Positions 58,476 to 62,550 of a DNA stretch of 62,550 nt are shown here, in pieces. The notes below the pieces were generated by a model. That model saw nothing but the letters and a program-made list of their open reading frames with translations. It was not told the DNA's origin and did not search any database. The position numbers and the translations under genes are program-made. This DNA is from Candidatus Aenigmatarchaeota archaeon. Lineage in GTDB: Archaea > Aenigmatarchaeota > Aenigmatarchaeia > QMZP01 > QMZT01. The number at the start of each line of letters is the position of its first letter. Position 1 is the stretch's first letter. The stretch covers positions 1-62,550 of the forward strand of contig JBGPQP010000007.1 of assembly GCA_041489155.1 (NCBI GenBank), written 5' to 3'.

Positions 58476-58991
58476 TCAATACTCGAGCCCCTCTTCAGCC
58501 TTCCTGCCCTTTGAAAACGGATGTTTTACGTCCTTCATCTCGGTGACGAGATCCGCCCTTTCCAAGAGCTTCTCTCCCGCCCCGCGGCCGGTGATGACCA
58601 GGTTCGTTTCCTCCGGAAGCTCGCTTATCAGGTCGAGCAGGTCCGTATCGTCTATCATGCCCGCCGAGGCAGCGACATTCGCCTCGTCCAGAATCAGCAA
58701 ATCCGGCCTGTACGCGCCCGTCATTATTTTTTTCGCGTACATGAGCGCTTCTATGGCGCGCTGCTTATCTTCCTTTGAGGGGTTTTTCAGGTCAACGAAA
58801 TTCTCGGTACCGAACTGCACGATGTCCAGGCCGGGCAGGTTTTTCTTGAGCATGAATTCGCCAGTCTTCGTGCCCTTCAGGAACTGGATTACGACGACGC
58901 GCTTTCCATGGCCGAGGAAGCGGAGCGCCATCCCGAAAGCAGCGGACGTCTTCCCCTTCCCGTTACCAGTGTAAACGCAGACCACACCCAT
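58476..58991 (-). CDS. cobO: Cob(I)alamin adenosyltransferase (CobO/BtuR)
   Basis: YTGNGKGKTSAAFG, QFLKG, LDE, TGR, ADLVTEM, KHPF. Confidence 0.93.
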   Translation of the reverse strand: MGVVCVYTGNGKGKTSAAFGMALRFLGHGKRVVVIQFLKGTKTGEFMLKKNLPGLDIVQFGTENFVDLKNPSKEDKQRAIEALMYAKKIMTGAYRPDLLILDEANVAASAGMIDDTDLLDLISELPEETNLVITGRGAGEKLLERADLVTEMKDVKHPFSKGRKAEEGLEY

Positions 58992-58995
58992 AACA

Positions 58996-59415
58996 TCACC
59001 TCATGCCTATCTTCCCGAGAAACAATCTCGAGCACAGCGAGCCTTTCGAAGCGGCGTATTCGAGTTCTTCGGGCTTCGCCCATTTCCATGCCACGTATTG
59101 CGTTCCGGCGAAAGGCTGCGGCACCTCCGGCTTCCCTTTCGCTATCCTCGCCTCGTATAATTTCATATATAATATGTAATCCTGTCTTTCAAGTCTTCCC
59201 TCGTTCAGCATGCCTTTTACTTCAAGCCTGACGCCGAGCTTTTCCTTCCCGGCCCTTATCACCGCGTCTTCCCACGCCTCGCCGTCTTTCAGCGACGTCG
59301 CCGGCAGGCCCCATACGCCGGCAAGCTCGTCTTCCTCAGGCCTCTTCACGGCCAGCACCTTTTTCCTGTCCCTGTCGTAGACAACGAACGCTATCGCTTT
59401 CTCGGTGCGCTTCAT
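58996..59415 (-). CDS. NUDIX hydrolase (degenerate box)
   Basis: GVWGLPATSLKDGEAWEDAVIRAGKEKLG. Confidence 0.8.
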   Translation of the reverse strand: MKRTEKAIAFVVYDRDRKKVLAVKRPEEDELAGVWGLPATSLKDGEAWEDAVIRAGKEKLGVRLEVKGMLNEGRLERQDYILYMKLYEARIAKGKPEVPQPFAGTQYVAWKWAKPEELEYAASKGSLCSRLFLGKIGMR

Positions 59416-62400
59416 TCAACCACATTTGGAATAGCCGCAGCTCAGGCACGTATAGCATCCCTCCGCCGAATAAAGTTTCGATTTGCAGACAGGGCAGTTC
59501 TCGTCGGACTCGCTGAGCTGCTTTTCATCTTCCTCTGCCTTCACGAGCTTTATCCTCTTCCTCTTCTCCTCCCCTATGTGTATCACCTGCACCGCCTTGC
59601 TCATGTCCCTGTAAATCGTCACGCCTTTGCACTTCAGCTTGTGGGCGAGGATGTAAGCGTTCTCGACGTCCTTTATGCTCGCCTCGTTGCGCATGTTTAT
59701 AGTCTTGCTTACCGCGTTGTCCGTGTATTTCTGGAACGCGGCCTGCATCCTTATGTGCCACTCGTAATCGATGTCGTGCGCCGTCTTGAACAGTTCCTTC
59801 GCCTCCCTCGGGACGCCGGCGATCTCCTCGACCGAACCTGTCTTTGAAATCTCGTGCATCAGCTCGTCGCTATAGAAATCCTTTTTCCTCGCATAGGTTT
59901 CGAAAAGCTTGTTAACCTCGACCAGTTCTTCGCCTCCGAGCACGTTCTTCCTGACGAACGCGACCGCGAACAGCGGCTCTATCCCGCTAGAGCAGTCCGA
60001 TATTATGCTTATCGTTCCCGTCGGGGCGATGGTCGTGACAGTCGCGTTTCTCATGTGCCTGTAATCCTTCTTGTCCCACATGCTGCCCTTGAAATTCGGG
60101 AAATTTCCCCTTGCCTTCCCGAGCTCCTGCGACCTCTCCCTCGCCGCCTCGTTAAGGTTCTTCATTACCTTTTCGCCGATCTTCAGCGCCTCCTCGGAGT
60201 CGTAACGGATGCAGAGTTTTATCAGCATGTCAGCGAAGCCCATGACGCCCAGGCCGATTTTCCTGTTGGCGTGCGTCATGAATTCTATCTGCTTTATGGG
60301 ATAGGAGTTCGCGTCTATGACGTTGTCGAGGAAGTGCGTCGCAGCCCTTGACACGTCCCTGAGCTTTTCCCAGTCTATCTCAAGCCCTCCTTTCGTTTCC
60401 TTCACCATCTTTGCAAGATTTATGGACCCGAGGTTGCATGACTCGTAGGGCAAAAGTGGTTGTTCGCCGCAATTTGATACTACTATCCCGTTACAAATAA
60501 ATGAATGTGTTTGCAGTTCGGTAAGGTCATACACAGCTTCCATTCCGTTAGGTTCAATGGAAGAAACTTCATCCTCAAACGTGTCCTTGTAGAAATTTCT
60601 TTTTCCCAAAAGATTAAGTTTGATTTTGTGCTTTTCGCAAAGGAAACCTATTTTGTCCAAGAATTTTGTTATATTACCTCTGCTGATGTTCAGTTCGTAG
60701 CATACTCCTTCTACATCGTAAATCTTTTCTTCGCCTTTCTTGTTTACATAGGGGAATATTTTTCTTGCTGGCCTGCTTCTGTTGTAAATTCTGGATTTGA
60801 TACCGAAGTTAAGAAGCAGTAATTGAACTTGCTTTAACAATTTTTCTGATTTGGAAGTCAGTCTGACATAAGCCATGCAGTTGCTTTCTTGCAAGCCTAC
60901 AGTGCCGTCGGCAGTGAATAAACCCTGCAAGAAACCCGTGACGGCATCCTCGGTGGCGGTAAACACCGTTTCAGGAACTTCCTTCTTTCCAGCTCTAACG
61001 GGTTTTACGCCGATTTTCCTGAAAAATTCTACAAACTTCTTTCCGTGATAGGAGAGATGATAAACTCCATTTTCCCTCTTGATTTCCTTTATTTCCTTAC
61101 CGTACATTTTGTTCAGGGTTTTTTTGAGAACTTGCATGACTTCTACATCATCCTTTCCGAAGGTGAAACCGGCTCTCATGTTTTTATCCCCGTCTCTTAG
61201 CCAACCGTCTCCGACAAGCCAGCCGAGAACCTGACCGAGCTCCCTGGACCATTTTTTTGGAAGACTGCCGTTTGTTTCGAACTGTAGTTTGCCGTTGGTG
61301 TTCCACATGCCCGGACCTGGTTGTATCAGTACCTTATCTTTGCCTTTTTTCAGTTCCGATAGCGGAACCCAGCCACGTGCGGTCATTATCTTATGGTCAG
61401 GGGTCGCAACAATTTCGTAGCCGGACTTTGTAGTCAACTTGTATGTTTGTTTGGTACCTGTCTTCCATGCCTTTGTCATGGGTGAAATGTCAGTCTCATT
61501 CTGCCCCACTGTTCTCTTATCGACAAGAAGCGTGGTATGATGACCATCCGCGAGTTTCTCCATGCCAATAAGCCCGTATTCGCTTGGCACGAGCATATCC
61601 CCTGAAACGCAAGGATTCGTGGCCTCTATCGCGCCTATGTGCGGCGTAGGATTTTCCCTGTTTATCTCGTCTATGAATATAACGCCGGGATCGCCCGTCT
61701 TCCATGCCTGATACGTTAGCATTTCCCATATCTGCCGCGCGAACATTTTCTTGAAGACCGCGCCCGTCCTCACGTTCACCAGCTCGAACTCGCTGTTGTT
61801 GTCGAGCGCCTTCATGAACTTGTCCGTGACCGCGAGCGAGATGTTGAAATTCGTGAGCAAGCGATTCTCGCTGTCCTTCGACGTTATGAAGTCCATCACG
61901 TCAGGATGGTCTATTCTCATTATGCCCATGTTCGCTCCCCTTCGTTTCCCGCCCTGCTTGATGACCTCTGTCGCGACGTCGAAAACGCGCATGAAAGAAA
62001 GCGGGCCTGAGGCGATGCCTTTCGTCGACTTCACCATGTCGCCGTTCGGCCTGAGCTTCGAAAACGAGAAGCCCGTCCCTCCGCCCGACTGGTGGATGAG
62101 GGCGGTATATTTCAGCGAGTCGAATATGCTCTCGAGCGAGTCGCTGACCGGCAGCACGAAGCATGCTGAAAGCTGCCCGAGGGGAGCACCGGCATTCATG
62201 AGGGTCGGGGAATTGGGCATGAACTCGAAATCCTTCATGAGCCCGTAGAACTCGTCCTCCCTTGCCTTGACCTCTTCCCACTTGTTCTTCAGGATTTCCA
62301 GCATTTCGTTGAAAGTCGTCTTCATCTGCTTCCTGACGTTAAGGCGCTGGTAGGCCTTGTGCAGCATCCTGACGTTGTGCATGTTCAGGCCGATTTCCTG

Positions 62401-62466
62401 CGCTTTTTTAGGCAGGCCGTCGAGCTCCGGGAGGTCCTTGACCTGGTCGCTGAAGGGGACATGGTT
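59416..62466 (-). CDS. nrdJ: Class II (adenosylcobalamin-dependent) ribonucleotide reductase with intein; N-terminus missing
   Basis: PNSPTLMNAG, SACFV, GGGTG, RRGANM, TNP|CGEQ, CNLGS, APTGT, C-terminal CxxC motifs; in-frame TAG at 62467-62469. Confidence 0.93.
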   Translation of the reverse strand, partial: NHVPFSDQVKDLPELDGLPKKAQEIGLNMHNVRMLHKAYQRLNVRKQMKTTFNEMLEILKNKWEEVKAREDEFYGLMKDFEFMPNSPTLMNAGAPLGQLSACFVLPVSDSLESIFDSLKYTALIHQSGGGTGFSFSKLRPNGDMVKSTKGIASGPLSFMRVFDVATEVIKQGGKRRGANMGIMRIDHPDVMDFITSKDSENRLLTNFNISLAVTDKFMKALDNNSEFELVNVRTGAVFKKMFARQIWEMLTYQAWKTGDPGVIFIDEINRENPTPHIGAIEATNPCVSGDMLVPSEYGLIGMEKLADGHHTTLLVDKRTVGQNETDISPMTKAWKTGTKQTYKLTTKSGYEIVATPDHKIMTARGWVPLSELKKGKDKVLIQPGPGMWNTNGKLQFETNGSLPKKWSRELGQVLGWLVGDGWLRDGDKNMRAGFTFGKDDVEVMQVLKKTLNKMYGKEIKEIKRENGVYHLSYHGKKFVEFFRKIGVKPVRAGKKEVPETVFTATEDAVTGFLQGLFTADGTVGLQESNCMAYVRLTSKSEKLLKQVQLLLLNFGIKSRIYNRSRPARKIFPYVNKKGEEKIYDVEGVCYELNISRGNITKFLDKIGFLCEKHKIKLNLLGKRNFYKDTFEDEVSSIEPNGMEAVYDLTELQTHSFICNGIVVSNCGEQPLLPYESCNLGSINLAKMVKETKGGLEIDWEKLRDVSRAATHFLDNVIDANSYPIKQIEFMTHANRKIGLGVMGFADMLIKLCIRYDSEEALKIGEKVMKNLNEAARERSQELGKARGNFPNFKGSMWDKKDYRHMRNATVTTIAPTGTISIISDCSSGIEPLFAVAFVRKNVLGGEELVEVNKLFETYARKKDFYSDELMHEISKTGSVEEIAGVPREAKELFKTAHDIDYEWHIRMQAAFQKYTDNAVSKTINMRNEASIKDVENAYILAHKLKCKGVTIYRDMSKAVQVIHIGEEKRKRIKLVKAEEDEKQLSESDENCPVCKSKLYSAEGCYTCLSCGYSKCG
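60472..61611 (-). mobile_element. 380-aa intein with LAGLIDADG endonuclease at the NP|CGE active-site motif of NrdJ
   Basis: CVSGD start, ATPDHK block B, LGWLVGDG and FLQGLFTADG, VYDLTE...VVSN followed by Cys+1. Confidence 0.95.
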
Positions 62467-62550
62467 CTATCGCTCTGCCACCAAAGCGTTAAGGAGCGAT
62501 TCATCATTCTCGACGAGGCCAAGAAGGCCGGGGTCAAGAGAATCGAGATA

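Overview
62.5-kb chromosomal segment of an archaeon, most likely a DPANN lineage such as Aenigmatarchaeota (inference from fibrillarin, Rpo10, MCM, PolB, Trm5, Tyw1, an epsilon2-type EndA and apparently leaderless TATA promoters). It is densely coding, with polyamine genes, gyrBA, PolB, split transketolase, iorAB, kbl/tdh, carAB, a metal/sulfur/redox cluster and a B12-linked class II RNR operon. The main signal is tRNA intron biology. All five tRNA genes (Met-CAT, Pro-GGG, Ser-GCT, Gly-CCC, Val-TAC) are interrupted, with seven introns in total, six of them at non-canonical D-loop or T-loop sites. Two pairs of these introns are clearly homologous between different tRNAs. One pair sits at different structural positions, with its 4-nt exon-pairing segment matched to each site. 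The broad-specificity splicing endonuclease that would process them is encoded in the same window. Other items: an endonuclease-containing intein in a PurD-like enzyme, an AT-rich intein in NrdJ, a half-degenerate LAGLIDADG gene overlapping tRNA-Ser, a frameshifted slyD-like gene, and a break in nrdJ near the right end. All calls are from motif recognition by eye; no database searches were run.
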